Origin: Desulfobulbales bacterium
GTDB taxonomy: Bacteria; Desulfobacterota; Desulfobulbia; Desulfobulbales; BM004
Length of the DNA stretch: 58,756 nucleotides
Assembly (NCBI GenBank): GCA_041599275.1
Contig: JBFHWX010000003.1
Coordinates: 1 to 58,756, forward strand
Reading direction: 5' to 3'
A program made the position numbers and the translations under genes. Of the stretch, positions 18,262 through 28,122 are shown piece after piece; positions within the stretch are counted from its first letter, which is position 1; each line of letters starts with the position of its first letter. The notes below the pieces were generated by a model that was given only the letters and a program-made list of their open reading frames with translations, was not told where the DNA came from and searched no databases.

Positions 18262-19741
18262 GCAGTGCTCCGTGGATTGGCAGGATCACGGTGAAGGTGG
18301 CGCCCCGATTGGGTTGGCTTTCGACCTCGATGCGGCCCTGGTGGTTTTGGACGATGCCGTGGGAGACCGCCAGGCCGAGGCCGGTGCCCTTTACCGCTTG
18401 TTTGGTGGTGAAAAACGGTTCGAAGATGTGGGGTATGGCCTCGGGGGCGATGCCGCATCCGGAATCGCTGATCGCGATCCGCACCTCGGTGCCCCGCCTT
18501 TCGGTGGCGACGGTGATGGTGCCGCCCCCCTCGCAGGCGTCTGCCGCATTGTTCAGGAGGTTGAGCAGCACCTGCTTGATCTGGTCCCCCACCGCCCTGA
18601 TTTGCGGCAGGTTTGGGTCGAAGTCGGTCAGAATGGTGATGCGGCGTTCCTGGAATTCTTTTTTTGCCAGCACCAGCACCCCGTCGATGGCGGCATGCAG
18701 GTCCATGGGCGCATAAACGCCCGAGGTCGGCCGGTTGAAGTCCCGCAGGTCCTGGATCAGGTCGCTCATCCGGTGGCATTCCTGCAGGGCCAGGGAAACC
18801 AGGGAAATTTCGCTCGTGGAGAGCTGGGCCCGCTTGCGGAGACCGGTGAGTACGTTCATCACCCCGAACAGGGGGTTGTTGAATTCGTGGGCGATGGAGG
18901 CGGCAAGTTTGCCGATGGCCGACAGCTTTTCGGCGTGCAGAAGCTGGGCATGGACTTTCTGCAGCTCCAGGGTGCGCTCCTGCACCCGGGCGTCGAGCTG
19001 GTCGTGGGCTTGCTGGAGTTCCCTTTCGGCCTTCTGCCGTTGCTCGAGCTCTCTATTGAGGGCGGCAAAGGCCTGGCGCAGGCCGGCGGACAACGTGTTG
19101 AGCGAGTCCACCACCTGGTCGAGTTCGTCCTTGCCCTCGGCCTTGCGGCGGCGAAGAGCGAGGGGAGTGGGAGCACCGGTGGGGTCGAGGGCGGTAAGCT
19201 CTGCCGCCAGAGCCGCCAGGGGGCTCGTCACCCTCCGCCGCACCAGAACGAAGAGCAACCCGGCGATGCAGAAGACCACGCCACCTTGGAGAAGAAACTG
19301 CATGCCGGCCCGGTTCCAGACCGGCCGGAACAGAGCGTCGAGGTCGTTGTGGTAGAGCAGTCTGCCAATGGAGACCTCCCTGCCGTTGTGGGGATAGGTG
19401 AGCGGCAGGGTGCGCTCGATGAAATGGCCGGTGGCGGGGTTGCCGGCCTGGACCAGATCTCTGCCGTCCACCTGGATCGCCAGGTAGGAGATATGGGGGT
19501 CGTAGAGCAGGCCATTCAGATGGAGCTGCAGCTGGCTGGTGTCCATGTGCCAGAGGCTGGCGGAAAGGCTGGGCAGGTAGGTCTGCTGGATCCAGCGGTA
19601 GTCGGATTCGATGGTCTGGCGGGCGGCCCGGTAGTCGATGAAGGTCTGGATGAAGGTGGCGCCGGCGGTGGCCGCGATGCTGAAGAGCATCATGGTGACG
19701 AACAGCCGGGAGGCTATGCTTTGCTGACGGCCTGGTTTCAT
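18233..19741 (-). CDS. Membrane sensor histidine kinase (NtrB-like HisKA/HATPase)
   Basis: AHEFNNPL H-box, QVLLNLLNNA, DSGCGI, FEPFFTTK, GTGLGL. Confidence 0.93.
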   Translation of the reverse strand: MKPGRQQSIASRLFVTMMLFSIAATAGATFIQTFIDYRAARQTIESDYRWIQQTYLPSLSASLWHMDTSQLQLHLNGLLYDPHISYLAIQVDGRDLVQAGNPATGHFIERTLPLTYPHNGREVSIGRLLYHNDLDALFRPVWNRAGMQFLLQGGVVFCIAGLLFVLVRRRVTSPLAALAAELTALDPTGAPTPLALRRRKAEGKDELDQVVDSLNTLSAGLRQAFAALNRELEQRQKAERELQQAHDQLDARVQERTLELQKVHAQLLHAEKLSAIGKLAASIAHEFNNPLFGVMNVLTGLRKRAQLSTSEISLVSLALQECHRMSDLIQDLRDFNRPTSGVYAPMDLHAAIDGVLVLAKKEFQERRITILTDFDPNLPQIRAVGDQIKQVLLNLLNNAADACEGGGTITVATERRGTEVRIAISDSGCGIAPEAIPHIFEPFFTTKQAVKGTGLGLAVSHGIVQNHQGRIEVESQPNRGATFTVILPIHGALHAKQENPSG

Positions 19742-20499
19742 GGCGACCCATAGTGGATGGGCTGGGCGGAGAGAAGAGCTTCCGCTTCGAGCCGCCGGAA
19801 GGTGCCGTCTTTCTTCATCTCCCGCAGAACCTCGGCCAGACCGGGCGCGAGCTCGGCGTGCTTACGGTGCAGGTAGGGGTACATGTCGCGGACCGCAAGC
19901 GGTGGGCCGAGAAAACGTACCCGGGCGCCGGGGTGATGGGCTCTGAGGTGGAAGAGGGCCTGGCGGTAGTCGTAGATCGCCACGTCGATGCGGCCGGCCA
20001 GCAGCATGGAGAAGAGAGCGTGTTCGTCCCGCACCCTGATGAGGCTTTTGGCGTCTGCGATGTTCTGCTCGAGGATTTTCCAGCCGGTGACGATGCCCAC
20101 GTTGTAGGGTGTGAGGCTTTCCCAGCCATCGGTGGGAAACTCCAGGTCCCTGGTGATGGCGATGAATTCGAAACGGGTGAGCGGCTCGGGAACAGCGACC
20201 AGGTTGGGGTAGAGGTCCGTCATCCCCGCCACCCTCACATAGTTGCCGTCTTCGATGCCGGCATTGGCGTTCTGCAGGGCCCGTTCCGACGGCAGGTGGA
20301 CGATGCGGAGTTCGAAACCCAGCCGCCGGCCGGCCTCGGCGAGAACACGATCGCCGATCCCTTTGCCGTCAGGGCACGAAACAGGCGGTACATCGGCGGT
20401 GTTGAGGGTGAGAGTCTTCTCCTTGGCCGCAGCCGGAAAGGGGGCGGCAAGAATGCAGAGGAGAGCGAAAAGGAGCCGGCATGGAGCGGATAAGATCAT
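19738..20499 (-). CDS. Substrate-binding protein, family 3 (amino-acid type)
   Basis: Signal peptide; LPSERAL...G..DG, LF.ML.AGRID, YLHRKH..L, MK.DG.F; overlaps the kinase start (ATGA). Confidence 0.8.
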   Translation of the reverse strand: MILSAPCRLLFALLCILAAPFPAAAKEKTLTLNTADVPPVSCPDGKGIGDRVLAEAGRRLGFELRIVHLPSERALQNANAGIEDGNYVRVAGMTDLYPNLVAVPEPLTRFEFIAITRDLEFPTDGWESLTPYNVGIVTGWKILEQNIADAKSLIRVRDEHALFSMLLAGRIDVAIYDYRQALFHLRAHHPGARVRFLGPPLAVRDMYPYLHRKHAELAPGLAEVLREMKKDGTFRRLEAEALLSAQPIHYGSP

Positions 20500-20684
20500 G
20501 TCCCTTCTTGTCCAGCGGGGAGAGAAGTGTGGCCAAAGCCCCTGACCCGATCAAACCATGATACGCGGAAAGCACTTCCCGGCGCAACCGCAATGCGACG
20601 TGCCCGGTCGGGCGGGGTACGCTCAGTCAGGTATGGGAGAGCATGGCTTGCTGCTCCGGCTCACCAGCCTGCCGAAAAAAAGAA

Positions 20685-20736
20685 TTGACAGGGCCCATTG
20701 AAAAAATTATAAACAATAAAAATTATCATTTTCATT
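20685..20736 (+). promoter_or_regulatory. Near-consensus sigma70 promoter followed by an AT-rich Fur/PerR-like operator candidate
   Basis: TTGACA(20685-90)-17 bp-TATAAA(20708-13), then AATAAAAATTATCATTTTCATT. Confidence 0.65.
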
Positions 20737-20747
20737 AGAGGTGAGGT

Positions 20748-21074
20748 ATGAAAATCACGGTGGACAGAAATGTCGTCGAGTTCAGACCGGAAAGCAATCA
20801 GGAAACCGCCGACCTCGAGGTACTGTGGCGGGTGGTAGTTGATTGCATGAAGGAAAACAAGAAAATGGTGGCCATCGGCGAGTATGTGCCGACCAAGGAG
20901 AACCTGGCCCGTTTCGTGATCGAAGGGGTGGCTGGTGGACAAACCACCTGGTCCGAGGCCAAGGCCGCAGCGGACGACACCTATTACTGTGCGGTCTGCA
21001 ACAAGTACATGAATGTCAAGGCCGGCCAGGGTGTGCCCATGTGCTGCGGCCGGAACATGGAAACCATGGATTGA
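20748..21074 (+). CDS. Small protein with a C-terminal desulforedoxin-like Cys4 site
   Basis: GAGGTGAGG RBS; C-terminal YYCAVCNK...PMCCGRNM matches the CxxC..CCG..M desulforedoxin pattern. Confidence 0.75.
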   Translation: MKITVDRNVVEFRPESNQETADLEVLWRVVVDCMKENKKMVAIGEYVPTKENLARFVIEGVAGGQTTWSEAKAAADDTYYCAVCNKYMNVKAGQGVPMCCGRNMETMD

Positions 21075-21111
21075 GAAAGAAAAGACACCATACTCAACAA
21101 GGAGGTAACCG

Positions 21112-21267
21112 ATGGACAAGTGGGAATGCCCCTGTGGCTATGTGTATGACCCGGCGGAAGGAGATTTGGAGCATGGCATCAATCCCGGTACCGCTTTCGA
21201 GGACCTGCCGGCTGACTGGGTCTGCCCGAAGTGCGGGGCGGAAAAAGAGTATTTTTACAAGATCTGA
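21112..21267 (+). CDS. Rubredoxin (51 aa; absent from the ORF track)
   Basis: Manual translation [51 protein letters not shown]; AAGGAGG RBS. Confidence 0.95.
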   Translation: MDKWECPCGYVYDPAEGDLEHGINPGTAFEDLPADWVCPKCGAEKEYFYKI

Positions 21268-21442
21268 GCAGGAGCCGGCCACTGGCACTGTGGAGGGGCA
21301 GGCTTAAACGAGTTTCTGCCCAGGTGGCGGACTTCCCTGCACCAGGACAAGGTTTGCCCCCCGGTCGCTCTTCCGGGGAGAGTATATAACGAGGCCGTCG
21401 GCGCATCATGCCGACGGCCTCGTTGCGTTGTGGCGAAGAGTT

Positions 21443-21895
21443 TCAGGGCCGGGAGGTGATCAGGGCTTCCAGGCGCTGGCGAAGCACGTTTTCCGGCAGC
21501 GCTCCGGTCACCTGGTCGATGACCGTGCCCCGGCGGAAGAAGATCAGGGTGGGCACGCCGCGGATGTTGAAGCGGCCGGGGGTGGCAGGGTTGCGGCTGG
21601 TGTCGAGTTTGGCGATGATCGCCCGGCCGAGGAAATCACGGGCCAGGGTGTCGATCACCGGTCCCAGCATCTGGCAGGGGCCACAGGTCGGGGAAAAGAA
21701 ATCCACCAGGAGAGGAAGAGAGGCCTGGTCCACGAAGCCAAAGAAAGTATCGTCGCCGAGCTCCACCGGCACCGCCGCCCGCCCCAGGAGCAGGGGAGAG
21801 CCGCAACGGCCGCAGCGGGGGGCGAGATGCTGTTTGGGTGCCGGCACCCTGTTTCGGGCGCCGCAGCCGGAACAGGCAATGATGATGGAATTCAT
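21443..21895 (-). CDS. trxC: Thioredoxin 2 (TrxC-like) with an N-terminal zinc finger
   Basis: CSGCGARNRVP...CGRC; LLVDFFSPTCGPC; IRGVPTL. Confidence 0.85.
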   Translation of the reverse strand: MNSIIIACSGCGARNRVPAPKQHLAPRCGRCGSPLLLGRAAVPVELGDDTFFGFVDQASLPLLVDFFSPTCGPCQMLGPVIDTLARDFLGRAIIAKLDTSRNPATPGRFNIRGVPTLIFFRRGTVIDQVTGALPENVLRQRLEALITSRP

Positions 21896-21993
21896 GGGCT
21901 TCGGTCGAGGGGCTGGGCAGTTTGTTTGCCGGCCTGTCAGAAGTGTCGGCGGAAAAAGGTGGTTTCTTCGCCGGGCCACCGCGCCGCTTGGGT

Positions 21994-22434
21994 TCAGTCG
22001 AAGACGATTTTGTCCCGGTGCCCGAAATCTACCGTGCAGTCGATGAAATAACCCTTCTTCGGGTCGATGCGGAAATAGACGAGATCCGGGTTCTGCGGGA
22101 TGTCGCGCATGGCCGGGAATTTGTCGATCAGCAGCTTGGCGGCGGTCTCGACCTCCGCCGGCTCGGTGACCAACCTGGCTTCTCCTTCCATCTGCACGCC
22201 CTGGATGTCGGTGAGCTCGATGTAGTTTTCGTCCACCGTGTAGGCCACCGCAGGATTCTGCAGAATGTTTCTGGCCTTGCGGCTTTCCTTGTCGGTGATG
22301 AAATAGACCGTGGCCTGGCGGGAGACGTAGGCCACGGTGTGGGCCACCGGTGTGCCGGCCGCGGAAACCGTGGCCAGCCGCAGGTAGGGGTGGGTGTCCA
22401 GGTAATGGATTATTTTTTTGAGGATTCGGTCCAT
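21994..22434 (-). CDS. Pyridoxamine 5'-phosphate oxidase-like FMN-binding protein
   Basis: LATVS..G.P, YFIT...SRK.RNI..NP.VA, GVQ.EG.A. Confidence 0.8.
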   Translation of the reverse strand: MDRILKKIIHYLDTHPYLRLATVSAAGTPVAHTVAYVSRQATVYFITDKESRKARNILQNPAVAYTVDENYIELTDIQGVQMEGEARLVTEPAEVETAAKLLIDKFPAMRDIPQNPDLVYFRIDPKKGYFIDCTVDFGHRDKIVFD

Positions 22435-22548
22435 AACGGGCAAGGGGCCGGTTGGGTGGCCGGAGCCCCAGGGACGGGGCTCCGCAACAGGGATATACTG
22501 AATCTATAGCACGCCGGATTTTTTCTTCAAGATTTTTCCTGGCACCCT

Positions 22549-23763
22549 TCAGGCCGCCATGCTCCGGGCCGTCCATTCCAGCGCTTCGACATAGAGCGTG
22601 GGCAGTTGCTCTTCGCCGGAGGCGAGTTCGCCGGCCGCCGTGGCGAACCGTTGCCAGTCGCCCCGTTCGTAGGCCACGGCAAGCGCGAAGGTCGGCGCCA
22701 GCGGTGTGTTGTCGCCCAGCAGGGTGGCTTTGATGTCGTCGGCCAGGCCGATGGTTTCGAGAAGCTCCTCCAGGGGCCGGCCGAGGATGGCGTGGATCAT
22801 GGAGAAGAGGCCGAGCAGGAAGAGGTCCTGGCTTCGTTTCCGTTGGCCCATGGGGCCGGCCAGGGACTCGCAGAAGCGGGCACGGATCAGGGTGTTGCGG
22901 AGCAGTTCCAGGGGTTTGTCGTCGCTCAACTGGCCCAGCACGATGAGGTTGACCCATTTGCGGATTTCCTGGGTGCCGAGCAGGGTGAGGGCGTGGTGGA
23001 TGGAGTGGATCAGGGTGCGCAGGCCGAAGAAGGGCGAATTGATGTAGCGCAGCAGCTTGTAGGAGAGGGAGACGTCTTGCTTGACGATTTCTTCGAGGCC
23101 GTCGAGGTCGATGTCCGGCCGGTTGATCTGCTCGAGAAGGCGCAGGGCCTGGAGCTTGGCGGCCGGAATGTCCTTTTTGGAAAGCAGCACCGGTTCGCTG
23201 AAGAAAAAACCCTGGAAATAGGAATAGCCCATGTCCCTGGCCTGTTCGAAGGCCTCGGGGGTCTCGACCTTCTCGGCCAGGAACAGGATGCGGCCATTGT
23301 CGAGCTCGGCCAGCAACCGTCGTTGTTCGTCGAGACCTGTCTGCAAAACATCCACCTTGATGATGTCGGCGTATTCCACCAGCGGCAGCAGGTCGGGGTG
23401 GAAAACGAAGTCGTCAAGGGCCAGCTTGTAGCCACTTTCCTTCAGTTGCCGGCAGGCTTCCACCACGTCCGGGGCTGCCGGGATGTCTTCGAGGATCTCC
23501 GGTACATAGAGCTCCCTGGGCAGCAGGTGGATGCAGCGGTCGACCAGGACCTGGCGCGGCAGGTTGATGAAGGCCCATTTGTTGTCGGTGAGCTTGGCGG
23601 CGTCGAAGCCCAGGAAACTCTGGGTCATGAGCCGGGAGGTGGCCTCGTTGGGGTCGCTGTCGGGGGAGAAGAAATTCTGCAGGCTGTCGCGGAACAGGAG
23701 TTCGTAAGCGAACACCCGCTGCTTGCGGTCGAAGATGGGCTGGCGGGCGATGAAGATGTCCAT
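22549..23763 (-). CDS. EAL + HDOD domain protein (YuxH/PdeH-like)
   Basis: FIARQPIFD, YELLFR, ALDDF, IIKVD, LAEKVET, FQGFFFS; HDOD DVSLSYKLLRYINS, FLLGLFS. Confidence 0.92.
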   Translation of the reverse strand: MDIFIARQPIFDRKQRVFAYELLFRDSLQNFFSPDSDPNEATSRLMTQSFLGFDAAKLTDNKWAFINLPRQVLVDRCIHLLPRELYVPEILEDIPAAPDVVEACRQLKESGYKLALDDFVFHPDLLPLVEYADIIKVDVLQTGLDEQRRLLAELDNGRILFLAEKVETPEAFEQARDMGYSYFQGFFFSEPVLLSKKDIPAAKLQALRLLEQINRPDIDLDGLEEIVKQDVSLSYKLLRYINSPFFGLRTLIHSIHHALTLLGTQEIRKWVNLIVLGQLSDDKPLELLRNTLIRARFCESLAGPMGQRKRSQDLFLLGLFSMIHAILGRPLEELLETIGLADDIKATLLGDNTPLAPTFALAVAYERGDWQRFATAAGELASGEEQLPTLYVEALEWTARSMAA

Positions 23764-23841
23764 GGCTCAGGTTCCCCGGGGCGGCGAAGGTGTGCGCTTT
23801 GTGAAACGGTGCACACAGGAAACCGTATTTGCCTGTTAAAA

Positions 23842-25737
23842 TCAAGGGGCAAGGGGCAGCTCCACGGTGATCGTGCAGCCCGGGCCCTGGTTGTTGGCGG
23901 CGCTTACCCGGCCGCCCATGGCCTCGGCCAGTTTGCGGACCAGGGCAAGGCCGATGCCGGTGCCCTTGGTGCGCCGGGTGAGCGAGTTGTCCTCCCGGTA
24001 GAAGTCGTCGAAAATTTTGCGGCTCGCCTCCCGTGCGATCCCCGGGCCGGTGTCGGAGAGGCGGACCAGGGCGCGGTCGGTGGTGGCTACACTCAGGGTG
24101 AGCTCCTTGGGCCTGCTTTCGGCGCCGAACTTCAGGCTGTTGTCGATGAGGTTGATGAGAATCTGCACCATGGCCTCGCGGTCGTAGCGGAAGGGTTTGT
24201 CGGCCCGGTTGTCCACGGTGAGGGAGAAACCCTCGCGGCCGATTTTTTCCGCCATCAGCCCCTGCACCTCGGAAATCACCTCCTGCAGGGTGCCGGCGTC
24301 GATCTGGAAGGTGCGCTGGCGGTTGCTGAGCTTGGAGAATTCGAGCACGTTGTTGATGAGTCGGGTGAGGCGGCCGCATTCACCGGAGAGGATGGTGAAG
24401 TATTGTTGCCGCCGCTCTTCGTCAGGGGCGATGTTCTGCTGCAGCATCTCGATGTACATGCGGATGGTGGTGAGCGGGGTTTTCAGTTCGTGGCTGACGG
24501 CGGAGACGAAACCCGCCCGCCGTTCGGCGAGCTCGGAGACCAGGAGGGCGGAGCGGTAGATGGCGAAAAGGCCGGCCAGCATGGTGAGCGCCAGAAGCCC
24601 CGTGGTGAGCATCAGGGTGCGGCGGGCCGGAGACGGCGGGATCTTCTCGCACGACAGGGTGGCCCGCAGAAAGGAAAAGGGCCGGGGGAAGGTGCGGGAG
24701 AGCCGAAAACGCTCGCTTGCCACCGGCGCGCCGGCATGGTGGGCGGCGCTGGTGCCGGAGGAGTCGCTGGCAATGAGCTCGAGGGCGGTGAAGCGGGCCA
24801 GGGGCTGGCCGGCGAAGTGCGCCTCTGCCAGGTGGCGGAGGAGGCGGCCGGTGTCGATCACCAGGCCCTGGCGGAAGATCTGGTTGTCGATGGCGATGCG
24901 CCGGAACAGAAAGACGTGGCCCGGGTCGAGAAGCACCGACTGCAGGGGCGCCACCTCGACGGCGAAGACCGGCGGTCCCTCCGATGGCGGGGAAGCGGAA
25001 GGGTCGGCATTTGCCGAAGAAAAGTCGGCATCGGCGGCGGCCAGATCGCTTCCGGCCTCGGCGAGAGCGGCCAGACCCTCGAGGGCGGCGGCTGGCTGGG
25101 CAGCACTTGGGGCAACATCCTTTGTCGGTTGTGGTTCCTGGACTTGACGGCGGGCGATGTTCGCCGCCTGGCTCACGGAGATCTCCTCCACCCGTTTGCG
25201 TTCCTGGCCAAGCACCGCCTTGCGTTTGGCAAGTGGTTCGCTTGACAGGTACTTGTCGGCGAAACCGGTTGTTTCTTCTTTTTCAGCGGTGGCTTGCCGC
25301 TCTTCTTCGGCAAGGGCGGCGGAGGGCTCGTAGGGCTCGGGCAGCAGCAGGCGTTTGCGGTTGAACTGTTCGTTCAGCTCACCGAGAAAGGAGTGATCGG
25401 CGCTCGCCGGCAGCAGGCCGGCCGGGATCTGCAGGCCGCCGTCGGGGCCGTTCTGCAGGTAGCCGACGATATAGTCCGGTAGATCGGTGCCGCTCGCTTC
25501 GTCCCGGTCCGGGCCACGGAAGGGGGTGGCGGCATAGTCTTCGATGGAGCGGCCTTCCTCCCGGCGGACCACCGCCGCCAGCTCTTCTTCCATGCGGTCG
25601 AACAGGGCGTCGCCGAAATAGCCGAGCTCGGCCCGTTCCTCGCCGGCCAGGCCGCTGAAGGTGCGGGCCACGAGAAAGCCCAGGGGCACGGCCACGGCGG
25701 CCAGGAAGAGAAGAATGAAGAGCCGCAGCCGGTTCAT
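23842..25737 (-). CDS. Sensor histidine kinase with a large extracytoplasmic domain
   Basis: VSHELKTPL, NLIDNSLKF, DTGPGI, GTGIGL; two TMs. Confidence 0.92.
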   Translation of the reverse strand: MNRLRLFILLFLAAVAVPLGFLVARTFSGLAGEERAELGYFGDALFDRMEEELAAVVRREEGRSIEDYAATPFRGPDRDEASGTDLPDYIVGYLQNGPDGGLQIPAGLLPASADHSFLGELNEQFNRKRLLLPEPYEPSAALAEEERQATAEKEETTGFADKYLSSEPLAKRKAVLGQERKRVEEISVSQAANIARRQVQEPQPTKDVAPSAAQPAAALEGLAALAEAGSDLAAADADFSSANADPSASPPSEGPPVFAVEVAPLQSVLLDPGHVFLFRRIAIDNQIFRQGLVIDTGRLLRHLAEAHFAGQPLARFTALELIASDSSGTSAAHHAGAPVASERFRLSRTFPRPFSFLRATLSCEKIPPSPARRTLMLTTGLLALTMLAGLFAIYRSALLVSELAERRAGFVSAVSHELKTPLTTIRMYIEMLQQNIAPDEERRQQYFTILSGECGRLTRLINNVLEFSKLSNRQRTFQIDAGTLQEVISEVQGLMAEKIGREGFSLTVDNRADKPFRYDREAMVQILINLIDNSLKFGAESRPKELTLSVATTDRALVRLSDTGPGIAREASRKIFDDFYREDNSLTRRTKGTGIGLALVRKLAEAMGGRVSAANNQGPGCTITVELPLAP

Positions 25738-26438
25738 GAAAGCTCCTCCAGCCGGTAGCCCTCGCCGCGGACGGTGGCGATGAGGCCGGAGCCGCCGGTG
25801 AGGGCAAAAAGCTTCTTGCGCAGCTTCTGGATGTGGATGTCCACGGTGCGGGTCTCCACCGACGGATCACGGTAGCCCCAGACCTCGGCCAGCAGCTCCT
25901 GCCTCGGCACCACCCGCCGCTTGTGGAGGTGAAGGTAGGCGATAAGATCCATTTCCCTGCGGGTGAGTTCCGCCGCCCTTCCGGCAGCGCTCCGCGCCGT
26001 GAGAGTGAGGGGGTCGAAGACGAGTCCGCCGAGCTCCAGGGGAGCTGCCACCCGGCCGGGCTTGCTGCGGCGCAGCACCGCCTCCACCCGGGCCAGCAGT
26101 TCCTGGAGTGAGAAGGGTTTGCTCACATAGTCGTCGGCGCCGGCCTTGAGGCCGGTCACCACGTCCTCGGCGGCGCCCTTGGCGGTGAGCATGATGATCG
26201 ACTGGTCTGGCTTTGCGCGCCGCAGTTCCCGGCAGATGCTGAAGCCATCGAGGGAGGGCAGCATGACGTCGAGGAGCACGAGGTCGTATTCACCCTTCCT
26301 GGCCCGCTCCAGCCCGTCCGCTCCGTCGGCCTCGCCTTCGGCGGCAAAGCCGTTGAACACCAGCACGTCCAGGAGCCCTCTGAGGATGGCCTGGTCGTCT
26401 TCCACCACCAGGATTCTGGCCTTTGGTTGGTGGTTCAT
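25734..26438 (-). CDS. OmpR/PhoB-family response regulator
   Basis: ILVVEDD, LLDVMLP, MLTAK, KPF; wHTH TRTVDIHIQKLRKK..TVRGEGY; GGAGGA RBS before ATG 26438. Confidence 0.95.
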   Translation of the reverse strand: MNHQPKARILVVEDDQAILRGLLDVLVFNGFAAEGEADGADGLERARKGEYDLVLLDVMLPSLDGFSICRELRRAKPDQSIIMLTAKGAAEDVVTGLKAGADDYVSKPFSLQELLARVEAVLRRSKPGRVAAPLELGGLVFDPLTLTARSAAGRAAELTRREMDLIAYLHLHKRRVVPRQELLAEVWGYRDPSVETRTVDIHIQKLRKKLFALTGGSGLIATVRGEGYRLEELS

Positions 26439-26515
26439 CTTTTCCTCCCGTTTGTTTTTCGGCCAGGCACGGCGGCTGGCCTGTCTGCCCACAGTATAGT
26501 CTCTCGGTGGTTCCG

Positions 26516-26538
26516 GCAAAGTAAAAGTTCTGTAAATT
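26516..26538. promoter_or_regulatory. Candidate OmpR/CpxR-type direct-repeat operator in the divergent intergenic region
   Basis: GCAAA-GTAAA(26521-25)-agttct-GTAAA(26532-36), 11-bp period. Confidence 0.4.
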
Positions 26539-26650
26539 TTCCGGGCTGTTCTTTTGCGGTTCTTTGCATTGAGTTGAGCGCCGGCGGCGTTAGGCTGGAA
26601 GCATGGCAAAGGTCAGTAACGCACCTCACCCGAAAACGGAGGAACCCGTC

Positions 26651-28072
26651 ATGCAGAAACAAAGATTACGTTCATTTCTCGCCGTCGCTTCGCTCATCGT
26701 CGTCACCAGTCTTCTCATGCTGGCCCAGGCCGGGGATCTCCCCGGCATGGTGCCCAAAAAGCCCATGCCGCCGCCTGCCGCCGGCCTTCTGCGCCTGGAC
26801 GGCCGCCTGGTGCAGGAACAGATCTTTACCGGTGGCGACGGCCGTTTCGAGTTGGCCTTTACCATGGATGCCACCGCCATGACCGCCGGCATGCTGGAAA
26901 CGTCGCAAGCGGTGGACGTGGTGGTGGTGCTCGACCGCAGCGGCTCCATGCAGGGCCAGAAGCTTGAGGACGGCCGCCGGGCACTGCTGGATCTTCTCGA
27001 CCGGTTGTCGGAGCAGGACCGGCTGGGACTCGTCACCTACAGCAACGATGCCGACATCATCTGTGATCTGCTGCCGATGAACGCTGGCAACCGCAGGCGG
27101 GCAGAAATTGCCCTGCGCTCGGTCGCCGCCGGCGGCGGCACCAATCTGGGAGACGGTTTGGCCGCCGGCCTCGCTCTCTTCAGCCGGGCCGGCGGCATGC
27201 GCAACCCCAACGGCCGGCTGATTCTCGTTTCCGACGGACTGGCCAACCAGGGGGTGGTGGATCCTGGACAACTCGGTGCCATGGCCGCCGGAGCGGTGCG
27301 GGAAGAGTTTTCGGTGAGCACGGTGGGCGTGGGCAGTGACTTCAACGAGCAGCTCATGACCCGTCTGGCCGACCAGGGCGGCGGCTCCTACCACTATCTC
27401 GAGGACCCGGCCCGGTTCGCCGCAGTGTTGCTGGAGGAATTCCAGACGGTGCGCCGCCTGGCCGCCACCGGGCTCGAGGTGGAGGTGGCCCTGCCCGACG
27501 GCGTCCGTCTGGTGGAAGCCGCCGGATACCCCATCGAGCAGCGCGGCCGGCTCGCCGTGTTCCGCCCCGGCGACCTGGAGGCGGGGCGCAAGCGTTCTCT
27601 CTTCCTCGGCTTCCAGGTGGACCCCGGCCAGGAGCGGCGCTACGAACTGGGCGAGATCACCGTCCGTTACCGCCAGCAGGGCAGCCGGGCGGAGGTTTCC
27701 TTCGACCGGCGGCTGGCGGTGAACTGCGTTGCCGACCGGGCTGTGGCCCTCTCCTCCATCGACAAGGACGACTGGGAGAAGAAGGTGCTGCAGGAGGATT
27801 ATTCCAGGCTGCGCGACGAAGTGGCGGGCGATATCCGGGAAGGGCGCCAGGAAGAGGCCATGGCCCGGCTCGACTCCTACCGGGCCGAAAAAGAAGAGGT
27901 GAACCGGGTGGTGGGCTCCAGCGCCGTGCAGGAGAACCTGGAGGCGGGCCTCGATGCCCTGCGCTCGCAGATCACCGAGACCTTTGCCGGAGCGCCCGCC
28001 GAAGTGGCGGCCAAACAGAAGGCCAGCGCCAAGGATCTGCAGTACCAAGCCTACGAGCAGCGGCGCAAGTAG
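26651..28072 (+). CDS. Exported von Willebrand factor A domain protein (YfbK-like)
   Basis: Signal peptide; MIDAS DRSGS, GGTNL, LVSDGLANQG, GVG.DFNE.LM..LA..GGG.Y. Confidence 0.9.
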   Translation: MQKQRLRSFLAVASLIVVTSLLMLAQAGDLPGMVPKKPMPPPAAGLLRLDGRLVQEQIFTGGDGRFELAFTMDATAMTAGMLETSQAVDVVVVLDRSGSMQGQKLEDGRRALLDLLDRLSEQDRLGLVTYSNDADIICDLLPMNAGNRRRAEIALRSVAAGGGTNLGDGLAAGLALFSRAGGMRNPNGRLILVSDGLANQGVVDPGQLGAMAAGAVREEFSVSTVGVGSDFNEQLMTRLADQGGGSYHYLEDPARFAAVLLEEFQTVRRLAATGLEVEVALPDGVRLVEAAGYPIEQRGRLAVFRPGDLEAGRKRSLFLGFQVDPGQERRYELGEITVRYRQQGSRAEVSFDRRLAVNCVADRAVALSSIDKDDWEKKVLQEDYSRLRDEVAGDIREGRQEEAMARLDSYRAEKEEVNRVVGSSAVQENLEAGLDALRSQITETFAGAPAEVAAKQKASAKDLQYQAYEQRRK

Positions 28073-28122
28073 ACGGAGAGGGCCGGGCGGCAAGAAACTA
28101 TCGACAAAAGGAGGCACTGATC

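Noticed and set aside
20608-20670. tRNA-like stretch (GCTCAGTCAGGTA...GAGAGCA)
   Set aside because: Resembles a D-arm only; no TTC(G/A)A T-loop and no convincing acceptor or anticodon stems
21443-21895. TCGPC active site of the thioredoxin as a novelty
   Set aside because: Both catalytic Cys are intact; a W-to-T substitution is a minor variant
23764-23841. c-di-GMP-I riboswitch upstream of the EAL/HDOD gene
   Set aside because: GGCAAA and CAAAG fragments are present, but there is no GNRA-capped stem or proper two-hairpin layout
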